A stretch of DNA of 63,473 bases, filler included, from Octopus bimaculoides (Eukaryota), in the NCBI RefSeq assembly GCF_001194135.2. It is 8 parts of 7 records of this genome, joined end to end, with 100 filler letters (N's around TTAATTAATTAA, not from the genome) between each part and the next. Parts side by side here need not be neighbours in the genome. Positions count along the whole stretch, not along the records: positions 22,581 to 36,476 come from NC_068981.1; positions 36,577 to 40,957 come from NC_068987.1; positions 41,058 to 47,460 come from NC_068993.1; 5 more parts are not named here. One strand, 5' to 3'. Each line of letters opens with the position of its first letter. Within the stretch, counting starts at the first letter, position 1. Both the position numbers and the translations under genes were made by a program. Positions 35,270-47,447 of the stretch are shown here, in pieces. The notes beneath the pieces were generated by a model. The model searched no databases and was not told where the DNA came from. It saw nothing but the letters and a program-made list of their open reading frames with translations.

Positions 35270-35397
35270 TATAGCCTGAACAGGATAAACTATCCCTATT
35301 TTGCAGAGAAAAGTGTAGGTGGCTAGCTGTGGACTCGAACTCACATCCCCGTGATTACATGTCACGATGCTTTGACCGATTAAGCTAAGCTAATGCA
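35270..35397 (-). pseudogene. tRNA-Thr(TGT)-like pseudogene or SINE head with a CORE-like tail
   Basis: Minus: D-loop AGCTTAATCGGTCAAAGC; perfect anticodon stem CGTGA/TCACG with loop CATGTAA; T-loop GAGTTCGAGTCC; then TCTGCAAAATAGGGATA. Acceptor and T stems are damaged. Confidence 0.6.
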
Positions 35398-35481
35398 TAT
35401 GTATCTAAAGTTCATCATTTGAAAATATTCTATTAGCTGCTATTATAGTGACGTATGTACATATAAATATACACAACGTAC

Positions 35482-35529
<48 letters not shown>

Positions 35530-35761
35530 GTATATAGATATCTGTAAAAACATTTATATTCCACCCCACCCTCATACATAAGTCAATGCATGCAGTCCAA
35601 GCAATGAAATTCGTGCATCCCTAAATCAATACTTACATACGAACAGGTACATACGTACATACATACAAGCTTGCGTGACCACATGCATACATGCGTACAC
35701 GTATATACATGCGTACATACATCATCCATCCATCCATCCAGCCAGCCAGCCAGCCATCCAT

Positions 35762-35794
<33 letters not shown>

Positions 35795-36201
35795 CGGCTC
35801 ACCAGCAAGCCATACATACCTCATGCACGACTACTTAGTTGTTATTATCTAAATGTCAAAAATGTCAAAGGAAGAGCCTTATGTCTGTGTTGGAACCCTG
35901 CTTTGTTTTCTTTAGGGAAGAATTTTCAAAAATAAAACCATAGGAACATGCATGGCATTTAAAAATAGACATAGCTTTACTAAGGAACAACATGTAACTC
36001 TTCTCTATTGCTGTTATCTAAATTTCTTAGATAGATTTGTTCCTTTGTTAAGAAAAAAGCGAACTGACGAGGTCGACTCTGCCTTTTATCGTTTCGAGGT
36101 CGATGTAATTGACTTACCCTCTCCCTCAAAATTACTGGCCTTGTGCCAAAACTTGAAATCAATATATATAATATTTATCTATATATATGTGCACACATGC
36201 G

Positions 36202-36255
<54 letters not shown>

Positions 36256-36406
36256 TGTGGAGGTGTGTGGCTTAGTGGTTAGGGTGTTCGGCTCATGATC
36301 GCAAGGGCACTCGTGTCTGTGGAGTGATCAGCCACTTGCATGTTAATTTTACAAGCAGGCTGGAAACCTCGTCGTTGGAACCGACGGAGTGCCAGTTATA
36401 TGTATA

Positions 36407-36440
<34 letters not shown>

Positions 36441-36576
36441 ATGCATGTAAAAATGCATATATGTATGTATATATATNNNNNNNNNNNNNNNNNNNNNNNN
36501 NNNNNNNNNNNNNNNNNNNNTTAATTAATTAANNNNNNNNNNNNNNNNNNNNNNNNNNNNNNNNNNNNNNNNNNNN

Positions 36577-36720
36577 GGCAGTTGATGAAGGGGATGTTTC
36601 TATGTGGCCTGCTTGTTTGTTGCACCTTGTTTACCATTTTGTCCTTGTTCTTTTGCCACGTCATGTACCCAGTTATGTATCTATATGTACATGTAGATGA
36701 ACGTATATACATACATGTAC
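36577..36720 (+). mobile_element. Dispersed repeat (family E), probably a Penelope-like terminal repeat
   Basis: CAGYTGATGAAGG...GTCMTGTACCC..ATATGCA shared with 56892-57060 (+) and 59100-59300 (-). Confidence 0.6.
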
Positions 36721-36744
36721 ATATATATGCATATACTCATATAT

Positions 36745-36785
<41 letters not shown>

Positions 36786-36996
36786 GCATACATACATATA
36801 TATACATATATATATGCACACACATATGTATATGCATATATATATATATATACACACACATATGTATACGCATACATATATATATATATTGATATATATC
36901 TCCATACGCACACACACACATATATATACAAATATATACGCATGTTTGGGTAAGTGTCTGTGTGTACATGTGTATGTGTATATGTGTGCGCGCACG

Positions 36997-37028
<32 letters not shown>

Positions 37029-37256
37029 AAAAGCGGTAACGGGTAAGTCAGAGCAACGACTGAGGAAAACCTCAGTTACATATAAATTTATTTTACACAC
37101 ACAACACAGCCACTCACACAACACACCACTTACACACGGAAGACACACTCACAAATTTACTCACACACATGCACACGCACACACACNNNNNNNNNNCTCA
37201 CACAACACACCACTTACACACGGAAGACACACTCACAAATTTACTCACACACATGC

Positions 37257-37302
<46 letters not shown>

Positions 37303-37519
37303 GCACACACCCACACAACGCATACTTAACGCACACATACTCACCCAACACACAAACATACCGAAACACACGCACATTCTAAATGTATGGAACTGAGGAA
37401 AAAAGAAAAGGACGGTCGCAGTAATTGAGGGAGAGCGTCGAAGGTAAACGAAGGTGGTATGAGAGATGAATGAAAGAATCAACCACTTCTCTCTCTCTCA
37501 CCTTCTCATTCTCCTTTTA

Positions 37520-37560
<41 letters not shown>

Positions 37561-37899
37561 TCCTCACTGTCTTCCCATCTCTCTGTTTCTTTTGTTATCG
37601 ATATATCGGAGATATTAAATCTATTTCTAAAATGTAGAATACAGTGTGTATCGCGACAGCTAAAGATCAGACGCACTCCCTAATGCATTACATTTCTAAT
37701 TAAGTTTAGTTAATTAAAATTTTAGGTTGAATCCTTTATCTTATTTTATTTTTTTTTTACCTTAATTAGTCATTTAGAAATGATTATTCTCGTCACTAAT
37801 GTTCTAATTTTAATTAATGAAGACTTCTTGGTTTAATACATGAAATATGCTAACCTACTGTACTAAAGAAGCATTAGGTTGGTGTCGCAGAAAATGAGA

Positions 37900-38320
37900 A
37901 TGAGAGAAGCATTTGAATAGATGAACATTGTAGGGCTCTTTGCAGTAAATTATGACAGACCCGATGTGTCAATGAAGAAAGTACTTTGGTGGGGAGCATT
38001 GGACTTTTATCTTAAAAATAAACTAAACGAAATGGGTTTCTTCCAAAGGTCACAATTCCGGTACTATAGACATGTGATTAGAAAGTTGCAGGAAAGAATC
38101 GCATGGCAGATTCTTCAAGCTGGCCAACCGGCGGGTGAGTTAAGGGTAAACCAAGAACAAGATAGTTGGATAATACCCATAGTTGGCCATATCTGGGAAT
38201 CCAACCGGAAAATCTAATGAAAATTGTTTCTGATAGCATTTTATGGAGAAAGTGATTGAGGACTCTATCCTGTGACCTTCTCAGGAATAATAAGTGAAGA
38301 AGATCAATGGATGGACAATT
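37900..38320 (+). mobile_element. RTE-clade LINE 3' end, decayed
   Basis: QFRYYRHVIRK...ILQAGQP then, after a frameshift, GKPRTR*LDN...LWRKVIED. Confidence 0.6.
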
Positions 38321-38756
38321 ATGATGAGAAATGTAATGATTTGAAGATCTTTTTCCCATAAGAGAGCGCGGACAGTAATGTCACTCTTTTTAAAAATGTT
38401 TGTGCGTTGTCCAGATTTCCCCGAATCACGTTTATATTTCTTCCTTCATATCTCAAGACCATATGGAGGAGCTACTTGAGGACTCTTCCATCGCAACCCT
38501 TCCAGGAATACTGGGCGGAGAAAATGGATAGACGAAACGAGTATTGCTATTATTCAATCACAGATCTTCACTGTTCGAGTATATCTAAAATCGGAGTTCC
38601 GGCCGTAACCATCTCCCGTATATTTACAGATATGTGAGATATCATTATCCAATGCATCCTTTGCAAGAAGGTAAAATACTGTGTGATTCCTGGAACATTT
38701 GGATGCTTTTCTTTACAAGTACATAGAACTATTAGACAGTGGTTCCCATCACTTAA

Positions 38757-38973
38757 CCTTTTTGATACCAACTCGCTCGAGACCTTCCCTACTTGTATAC
38801 CAATTTCTTGTTTTGAAGTTACCTAAATAAACACCTTTCATCAAAATTTGGTGTAAATAGATGTTCCAAACACCAGCTTAGTAATGATAAAGTTATTTAA
38901 TTAAATTCTTCTTTACTTTCAGAATTAATTAAAACAAAGGCAGTGTACTTCAAGTGAAATATGACAAAAAGGG
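38757..38973. mobile_element. piggyBac-like MITE
   Basis: TTAA|CCTTTTTGATACC ... TGACAAAAAGGG|TTTTTAA termini. Confidence 0.5.
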
Positions 38974-39519
38974 TTTTTAATGCAATGCCTCTAAACCATT
39001 TCTGGATCAATGTACCGTTTCATCAAAGGGGGTTTTACAAACGCTTTCACCGCCTAATTTGCAAAAAAAAAAAAAAAGAATAATAAATGAATAAACATTT
39101 AACCACTCACATCTTTCACAGAATCCACACCACATGCATACACGAAGTTTTAAGCGCCGTACACATACACAAACAGACACACTCATATATCCTCTCTCAT
39201 ACACAGAATTCATACCGTATCACACAAGTGCGCATTCACACACTCACCAGTTCACGCACACACATTCACACTCTCCCTCTCTCTCGCATTTTCTCTCACC
39301 TCCAGGAGACAGATAAACTTGGAGTAGAGAGGTCAAGTTACTGATGAGGTTGAGAATGGCGATGAAAGAAAGGACTTTGCCAAACCTAGCTGATTGATTG
39401 ACCAAACGAGTAAACAAACAATCGATTAAACTGGTTAAATGGTTAACTAGTTGACTAATAATAATAATAATAATAATATAATGGCAGTGGTCTGGTCCTG
39501 GACGGTCGTTATGTCACAA

Positions 39520-40575
39520 CAGATCACATACACGGTGTGCGCAAAACAGACATAAATGGACGAAGGAAGAGTACGATACACTTATTGAATGTCTTGAAAG
39601 ATCAAAGCTAGAAAGAAGTCGCGGAGTAGGCCGACATACCTTGAAATTTTGGATGGAAAAGTACATGTGTGCAATATCAGAAAATAAACCAATGAACCAA
39701 GTGAGAGTGATTAGGGGGAAGGGTTACTTAACTGGAGTAGAAATATCTCGGATTAGTGAGAGTCTGAGAGATCCTGCAGATGAGTTACAAAGGATGGTCG
39801 GAGTTGAAAACAGAGAGGTAGGAGTTGAAAGCAGGGAGAAGAGTAGACAGGAGGAACAGGGGAATGGTGATAGGGCTTTTAAGGATAAGGAACAGAAACG
39901 TTATACAGTGAACCCTGATACTGTGGTCGGTGGGCACGCAGGGGAAATAAACCATCTAGGTTATAAATTGTTTGAAATTCATAGACGACTCACTGATTTG
40001 ATGACTGCTCCAGAAGAAAAAAATCCCCATGAATATGAGAAGGTTAGATAGGAGTATAATAAATAAACATGGAGAACATAACACAAACAAGGAATCTTCT
40101 CCGAGCTATTAGACTACTTGCTGAGGCGAAATTACAACTTAAGAGAACAAAAAATGGTGGAGCAAAAGAACCATGGTGGAAACGACGCATTGAAAGGGAC
40201 ATAATGCAGGTAAGGGAAGATCTAGGAAAAACTGAGCAATGGTTAAGAGGAAACTGGAAAAATGGGGAAAAATTAGAGAAGAAATATGAGAAGAAATTAG
40301 AGAAGAAATATGAAATACGGAAGAACGGGAAACATTAGAGAAGAAATATGAAATACGGAAGAATGGGTTTGATGCAGTAATAGAGCAGTTAAAACAGAGG
40401 ATCATGACAAAAATCCAGAAGATCAGAAGATTTGTGAACAGAAATAAGCAGTTCCAAGAGAACAGATTGTTCAAAAATAACCAAAGCAATTCTTCCAAAC
40501 GCTAAAAGGAGACAATGGCAAAATGTTACTTCTGATGCAAATCAAGTCAAGGAGTTCTGGAGCGGATTATAGGGA
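39520..40575 (+). mobile_element. Dong/R4-clade LINE N-terminal region, frameshifted
   Basis: HKWTKEEYDTLIEC; MNQVRVIRGKGYLTGVEI; KEPWWKRRIERDIMQVREDL; EQLKQRIMTKIQKIRRF...NRLFKNNQ; EFWSGL. TTAGAGAAGAAATATGA occurs three times at ~40273-40351. Confidence 0.75.
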
Positions 40576-40585
40576 AACTAAATCA

Positions 40586-40647
<62 letters not shown>

Positions 40648-40648
<1 letters not shown>

Positions 40649-40858
40649 CCTTTATACTATAGGCACAAGGCCTGAAATTTGTGAGAAGGGGATAAGTCGA
40701 TTATTTCGAACCCAATACTTGACTGGTACTTAATTTATCGAGTCCCGAGAGGATGAAAGCAAAGTCGACTTTGGCGGAATTTGGACAGAACGTAAAGACG
40801 GACGAAATACCGCTAAGCATTTCACCCGGCATGCTAACGATCCTTCCAGCTCGCCGCC

Positions 40859-40860
<2 letters not shown>
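40648..40860 (-). mobile_element. SINE family B embedded in (AAT)n
   Basis: Minus: GGCGGCGAGCTGG...AAAGTCGACTTTGCTTTCATCCTCTCGGG...; (AAT)n on both sides. Confidence 0.85.
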
Positions 40861-40920
<60 letters not shown>

Positions 40921-41225
40921 TATTATTATTATTATTATAAAATACATAGGGCACTCANNNNNNNNNNNNNNNNNNNNNNNNNNNNNNNNNNNNNNNNNNN
41001 NTTAATTAATTAANNNNNNNNNNNNNNNNNNNNNNNNNNNNNNNNNNNNNNNNNNNNAAGATGAACAGGAATATCAACAATTAGTCGTTCACACACACAC
41101 ACATATTTATATAGTAACAAAAAAGAAGGGATTTCGATTATCCCCACGTGGTGAGTTGTAATATATATAAGAAATTAAAAAAAGAAAATACACACACTTT
41201 TCATAGTTTTAATATAATTTTTAAT

Positions 41226-41260
41226 ATATCGACCGGTTTCGCTTGCGCTATTCATGATAT
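41226..41260 (-). ncRNA. Minimal type I hammerhead relic with two core substitutions
   Basis: Minus: ATATC-atgaata-GC GCAA GC-GAAA-CCGG-TC-GATAT. Confidence 0.6.
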
Positions 41261-41282
41261 TATGGTTTACTTATTTGAATAT

Positions 41283-41699
41283 GTATTTTCTGAAGAAAAA
41301 ATTTTTGTCCATGTTGTGTGTAATGATATTTACGAGTTAAAAAATAAGGGGAGGTAATTGGTTATCGTTATTATAAAGAGCAAATCCATTTCCCGCAATA
41401 CATGCAAATTCCTCTCAGTGAACATATAGAAAAAAAGTGCAGATTACATCAAACCAAATTTCACAGTCTTCTCCTTCTACCAGTGCAAAGACACAATTTC
41501 TCCACAAGAACGTTTAAATAAAGAAACTTTTTTCATTGAAAAATACAGAACACGTCTTGATATGCATGCATATTGAAATATGTAAAAAGATAAAAGTTGG
41601 TTAACTTTTTTACATATGTCAATTCACGATTACATCACTACATAAATCCCCTCACTAAACAAGTTTTTCGAAACCCTTTGTGTGTGTGTATGTGTGTGT

Positions 41700-41731
<32 letters not shown>

Positions 41732-41992
41732 AGGTGTGTATTCCCATCCCCTTATCGAAAGCTGAACAGTTATCTCCCTTGCCCACAACAATAACAATAA
41801 TAGCGATAACCAATTACCTCCCCTTATTTTTCTACTTATGAAGTCATTCACTCGTAAATATCATCACACACAACATGGACAAAAATTTCTTAAGAAAATA
41901 CGATGGTGATAACCAAAAGTACCGATATTTTTCATAAAACTAGGAAAGAAAAGCCAATTTTTTAATGGGGGGTGAGAGCACCAAAAGTACCC
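41283..41992. mobile_element. Foldback element with long inverted arms; right terminus related to the MITE at 53092
   Basis: 41283-41374 is inverted versus ~41790-41901; right end ATGGGGGGTGAGAGCACCAAAAGTACCC resembles the 53092 TIR. Confidence 0.7.
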
Positions 41993-42868
41993 ATATCTTT
42001 TTTCTTTTTATAAGAGCATTTTCTAAAAATTTGTACTATAATATCAGCAAGTGGACATTATTTAGACAATGCGACAGGAAGCAGTAAGCATTTGGAAAAT
42101 GTTATTACTTAGCAGAGAAGTAGAATTACGAGTGAGTTACGACGATTATAAGTAGTACAAATCAAGAACATGAACTACGCATTNNNNNNNNNNNNNNNNN
42201 NNNNNNNNNNNNNNNNNNNNNNNNNNNNNNNNNNNNNNNNNNNNNNNNNNNNNNNNNNNNNNNNNNNNNNNNNNNNNNNNNNNNNNNNNNNNNNNNNNNN
42301 NNNNNNNNNNNNNNNNNNNNNNNNNNNNNNNNNNACGCATGTATGTATGTGTATATGTATGTGAATATGTGTATTTGTTTGTGTGTGTGTGTGTAGGCCT
42401 GCTTCTCAACCACATGATTCTGGGTTTAGTCCCAATGCGTGGAATCTTGGACAAGTGTATGCGCGCGCACACACATATACTTATCAACACACACACACAT
42501 GCATGCGCACACACTGACAGACAGGACTGACAGAGGTATATGTAGTCATGTATTTAAGTCCGAGATCATGAGATTTAAGTCCGTCATCCTGAAGTGCAAG
42601 CCTTTCGCAAGCAAAGTGAGCTAAGACAGTTCCCGGAGTTTGTATATATGTAGGTGCCTGCACTTATTTTGTATGAACATAACTCTTTAGTTTACAGGTT
42701 TTTGTGCGTACGCTTGTGTGTCTGCATGATATTTTTTACATATGTGTCTTTGTAGATGAATTGAACTAAGATTCATTTAAAGAATCTCCAGTGGAGCTTG
42801 GAATGTCTTACAAATTTTTATTGTGTCGCTTACAGTTTGGATTCCAAGGAAACGCGTCATTTTTTCTT

Positions 42869-42899
<31 letters not shown>

Positions 42900-42903
<4 letters not shown>

Positions 42904-43460
42904 AAGTCCCAGCATAAGTCTCGCATTAGTTCACCATAAATGCTCTCTTTTTCCTAAGTTTTGAAAATACTTTCACATCTGCCAGTTGACCTTAACAATG
43001 GTGCATGCCTTAAATCAGGTTTGTTGGTTTTGCAGCGGATTACAGTTTTTATTGGAATATTCTACCAATAAAATTTTGGTTCTTACATGCCCTTGATGTA
43101 TTTACCAGGGCAATCCTTCCTATGGATAACATTGCAAATAGTTTTTGCAAGTATATCATGTCTCAAGAGTAGGTTGGATCTTGCGGGTATTTTAGGAGAG
43201 CTTGCTGGTGATGTGGGTGATATCTTCTAGGCTGGTATTGCATAACTAACATTTTCCATCAGAACGGGGTGAGTGGCGTATCTTTGTGTTTTTTTACGTC
43301 TCAAGTATTTTTTAGCTATCTCCTGTTCTTAGACAGCAAAAGCATAGCCTTGTAAGTGTGATAGAATGTATCTATTTCAAGTCCAGAAGAGGCGCACTTT
43401 CTGTTAATGCTGCAGCTATCCTGTAGCTTACGGAATACGTACCAATCCATTGCTTCTGCT
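42900..43460 (-). mobile_element. Dong/R4-clade LINE C-terminal region (CCHC-like), decayed
   Basis: AMDWYVFRKL; GYAFAV*EQEIA; DGKC*LCNTSLEDITHITS; LRHDILAKTI; YGELMRDL. Confidence 0.7.
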
Positions 43461-43461
43461 G

Positions 43462-46400
43462 TTACTCGAGGTGCCAAGCGCCCCTCCTCGGTCTACACTT
43501 AATCCAGGAGTGCAGCTCAGTCAATGAGACGAACTGTGGAAGAGTGAGTCTGACAAACCGTGAACACTTCTGCTCACTGTCAAGAAAACGCTGGAGATGC
43601 TGTAGCCTGAGCGCATATCTGCGCATCAGCAACCACGGCATGCCCAGCCCTCCATTCAATGGCTGTTGACAGCAGATAGAGCGCCTGACCAGTGGAAAGC
43701 GCCCCTTCCACAGAAAGTGGAAGAGTAAGCGCACCAGCTTGGTCGACCAGGAAATGGTGCAAAGGACGACAGTCAAGCGGTAATAGATGACGGATGCGAT
43801 GTACGCATCACCACCTCCGTTCGACCTTTCAGGGACAGCTTCTCTCGGCCCATTTCTGGGTGAGATTGGTCAGCCTGTTCGTTACCTCGTCCCAGTTTTT
43901 CTCCATCTGGATGTCTGGACCGAACCAGATCCCGAGCAATTTAACCGGACCGTCTGTCCAACGCCCCACGACGCTGTTGGACGGCATGAACTTGTCCCTT
44001 CAGGTGCCGAGCTGCAAGACCACTGACTTTTCTGCATTAATTTTTGCTCCTGTCACCGCTTCATATTCGTTTAGTGCGTCGCCAGTCAGGTCTATATGCC
44101 AATGCCTTGACACAATCACGGTGACATCATTGGCGTAAGCTGACACGCTTCTCTCACATCCTAAATCACGTGGGACACGCCTCAATAGCTTCAACTTCCG
44201 CAGTAGTGGCTCAAGAGACAGTACATACAGAAGGGAAAAGAGAGGACACCCCTGACGGACCGAGTGCAAGATGCTGAATGATTCTGACAGGTTCACCCGA
44301 ACAACAGAACAGATGCCGCTGTATAAAGCAGCGATCCATGCACGGAAGACCAGACTGAAACCGGCTGTCCTGAGAACAGCTGCCGAGTATCGATGGTCGA
44401 CTTTGTTGAAGGCTTTAGATTGATCTAAATTGATCGGAGCCACAACCATGCCAGCTTTTTTACCCACCCTCACATGAGATGGAGGTTGTGAATAGTCCTG
44501 GTTGGGATGGCATATATTTGCGCCTCACCAATCAGCTTGTTCACGACAAGCGCCAACCTCTTGGCTAACACCTTGGCCAAAATCTTCAACTCTGCATTGA
44601 GCAGAGTGATGGACCTGAACATTTTCTATAACGTTCCCCTTGTTTGTGTCCTTTTTCAACATGCCACCGCCCCTCGACAAACAAAAGTTGGAATTCTCCC
44701 ATTTTGTTGCCAGTGGAGGTTGACGTGTGCCGAGAGGCCCGCAAACAAGTCTGGCATTGAAATATAAAACTCGTAGGGAAGACCATCCAAGCTCGTCGAT
44801 CTGCCTCTCGTACAGCTTTTCCTCGTCTCCTGTACTCCNNNNNNNNNNNNNNNNNNNNNNNNNNNNNNNNNNNNNNNNNNNNNNNNNNNNNNNNNNNNNN
44901 NNNNNNNNNNNNNNNNNNNNNNNNNNNNNNNNNNNTACACATCTGCTCTGGTTCAAATACTACACGCTTGTGCTGGTCCACCAAACACCGAATGGTGGTT
45001 TTGTTGCCACGTTTTGCCTCCGCCACTCGAGCCTATCGAGCGGCTTTAGTCCCCTCCCCGCTTAATGGACGTGCCTTAGCTCTAACAACACAGCCATCGC
45101 ATTTGGCGTCGAAAAATTGGTCGAGGGCCAACCTCGCCGCCAACACGTCGGTTGCGACACCTTTCCTAAGTGCCTCATCTAACTTTCTAACTAAATTTCC
45201 CTCTATTCTATTTCTTTCTACCGCTAATGCCTTACTAAACCTAAAGGATTCTACTCTAATTGCCCTTTTAAGAGCAAACTACCAGTTGTTGTTGGCGATT
45301 GCCCCCGTCAACGTTCTCTTCACTAAAAGGTTAATCCGGTCTCTGTAAGCTTGACATGCCGGTAACGACGTGTTCAGCTTCCAGTAACCGGGATTCTGTC
45401 TTGGAGCCTATCTAAGTCGACCGTACAGATCACGAATCTGTGGTCTGTGTAGCTGACTATCTGAAACTGGACAACCTATACTATCCTTATCCGTTGGCTT
45501 ACAAAAAAACTCTATCTAAATACGATCTAGATGATTCCTAGTCCACACTGGCACATTCGGGTAATCTAGTCGGTACCTGGCAGGTGGTTGAAAATATCTG
45601 AGCAGGGGTGTGAGGCTTTTGCACCCATCTCTCCTGTCAGATATTTCCACACGATCAAAACGTTCGTCTAAGACAGCGTTCCAGTCCCCTACTAGTACTA
45701 AAGTGCGAGACGTTCCTAGGAAAACCTTCAGATGCTTGAAGTAATCTGGCCGCCCTGCCCCTGTCGGAGGAGCATAGGCAGCCATTGGTCTGAAGGTACT
45801 GCCATCACTGGTGTTCACACCCAGGACCATCAACTTACTTTCTGGATCCAGGAAGATTGCCTTTATTTTCAGATCCAGGCCTTTCCGGAAAAGCACCGCA
45901 GTACCACCCGGCCGACACGGAGATAGGAAGATTTCGTATCCAGCAAAAAGGGTCATGAGGTCCTGTGGTTCGGAAAGCCTGGTTTCACTAATGGCTGTTA
46001 CGTCTACACTGAAGGACCTCTGATCGTTTAAAAGGTGACCTTGTTTCCTAGGCGACCCGAGGCCCCTGTCATTTATACAACCTATTCTGAACATCAGCGT
46101 GCTAAAAAAAAATAATAATTAGGGTGGAGAAGAGCTCTACTTACTACTGTTCTCTGCTGGGGTGGCCTCTTTGTTGCTTCGTGTGGGTGTTTCCACGAGG
46201 TTTTTGTAGAGTCGTTTGCAGAGGGTTCCCTGAAATGACCCAACAGCTTCTGGAAAGTTCGTTTTTATAGTGTTGTATGTGTGTTGTGTGGCTTTTAGAA
46301 TTTGTATGTGTGGTGGTGGTACGTTTTGCGTCGGGAAGAGAAAATCTTCTGTTGTGATGTCTGTTTTGTCTCTAAGATGTGTCACAAGATCTGTGTTGTT

Positions 46401-47447
46401 TGTGTCTATTGCTGTGAGGTTGATAGCGCTTGTGAAGTCTGTCTGTGTTGTAAGTGGTAGTATTGGTGAAGGTGGTGTTGTTGTTTGTTGTGTGTGTGTG
46501 TTGCTGCTGCTGAGGAGTTCAAATTGTTTATTGCGCCTCCCCTGTTTATCCGATGTCTCTCTAGATATTTTCTTTCTTTTGTTTTTGGTGGGCAGTGTGC
46601 CACTCCCCCCTCTCGACCTCAGTACTCGAGCAGTCCGAGTGGTTTTGGTCGGGAAGGAGGATGGATGTCTTGTGGGTCTTTGTTTAGGGTGTCCCACGGG
46701 GCCCCACCCGTTGCTGCTGCTACTGCTGTCAATGCTGGTGGTGGTGTCACTCCTGATGGAGGTGGGGNNNNNNNNNNNNNGGGGGGGGGGGGGTGCTACT
46801 ACTGCTCCTGATGATGGCACTCCGGCCGGCGTCAACTCTGTTGCGGGTGTTGGTGGTGCCCCGACGACGGACGCAGGCACCGTCGCTGCTGGTGTTGCTA
46901 GTGATGATGGTGTCGGTGATGCGGGGACCACTTTTTTCTGCTGTGGCTGCTGTAGCTGTTGCTTTATATGGGACAGTTGACCTTCAGGTGTCTGTCATCT
47001 CCGCAAAGGTAACACCTTGACCTCCTGCTCTCCACAGTGACGTGAAGCCTGGCGCCGTCTGGCAAATTTATCGAGCCGGTGATGGAATTTATGCTCTCTT
47101 GTTCAATTTGAACATGGAGCTCCATCCACTGATCCGACCAATTTTGTTGGTGCAACTTGTGCACTTCCAGTATTGCGACGGTATTCTCTATGCCTAAGGG
47201 GACAGCGGTCACAGCCAGCATATATTTATTTCTGGGGGCACCTCCCCAATTTTTATTTTTGTCACGCGCCGACCAAAGTATGACGACACGAGCAAGAATT
47301 CCTCCGTTCTTAGAGACTCTGTGGAATGCTGTTTTGCTGCTTCTTCTGATGCAAAACACACTTCCACAGAACCGTTACATATGTTTTGTATTTCCTGGTC
47401 TGAGTATTATTTCGAGCCGCTGTTGAGTTCCACTCTTTTTTTTTTTT
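43462..47447 (-). mobile_element. Tx1/L1-clade non-LTR retrotransposon with ORF1 and ORF2, inactivated
   Basis: ORF1 (~47440-46140) has an RRM-like segment and CCHC knuckle CYLCGDDRHLKVNC. ORF2 starts at 46094 with an APE endonuclease (AISETR, LVGDWN) followed by RT motifs (DGLPYEFY, LDQSKAFNKVDH, VRQGCPL, SAYAND). Multiple stops and frameshifts; 3' end truncated after ...GAWHLE. Confidence 0.95.

Noticed and set aside
37115-37268. ~70-bp exact duplication across a 10-N gap
   Set aside because: Typical unmerged contig overlap.
38400-38640. GRRKWIDET peptide suggesting another LINE 3' end
   Set aside because: Single short motif; not enough to classify.
39341-39380. CTGATGAG...GAAA spacing
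   Set aside because: No stem I, II or III pairing.
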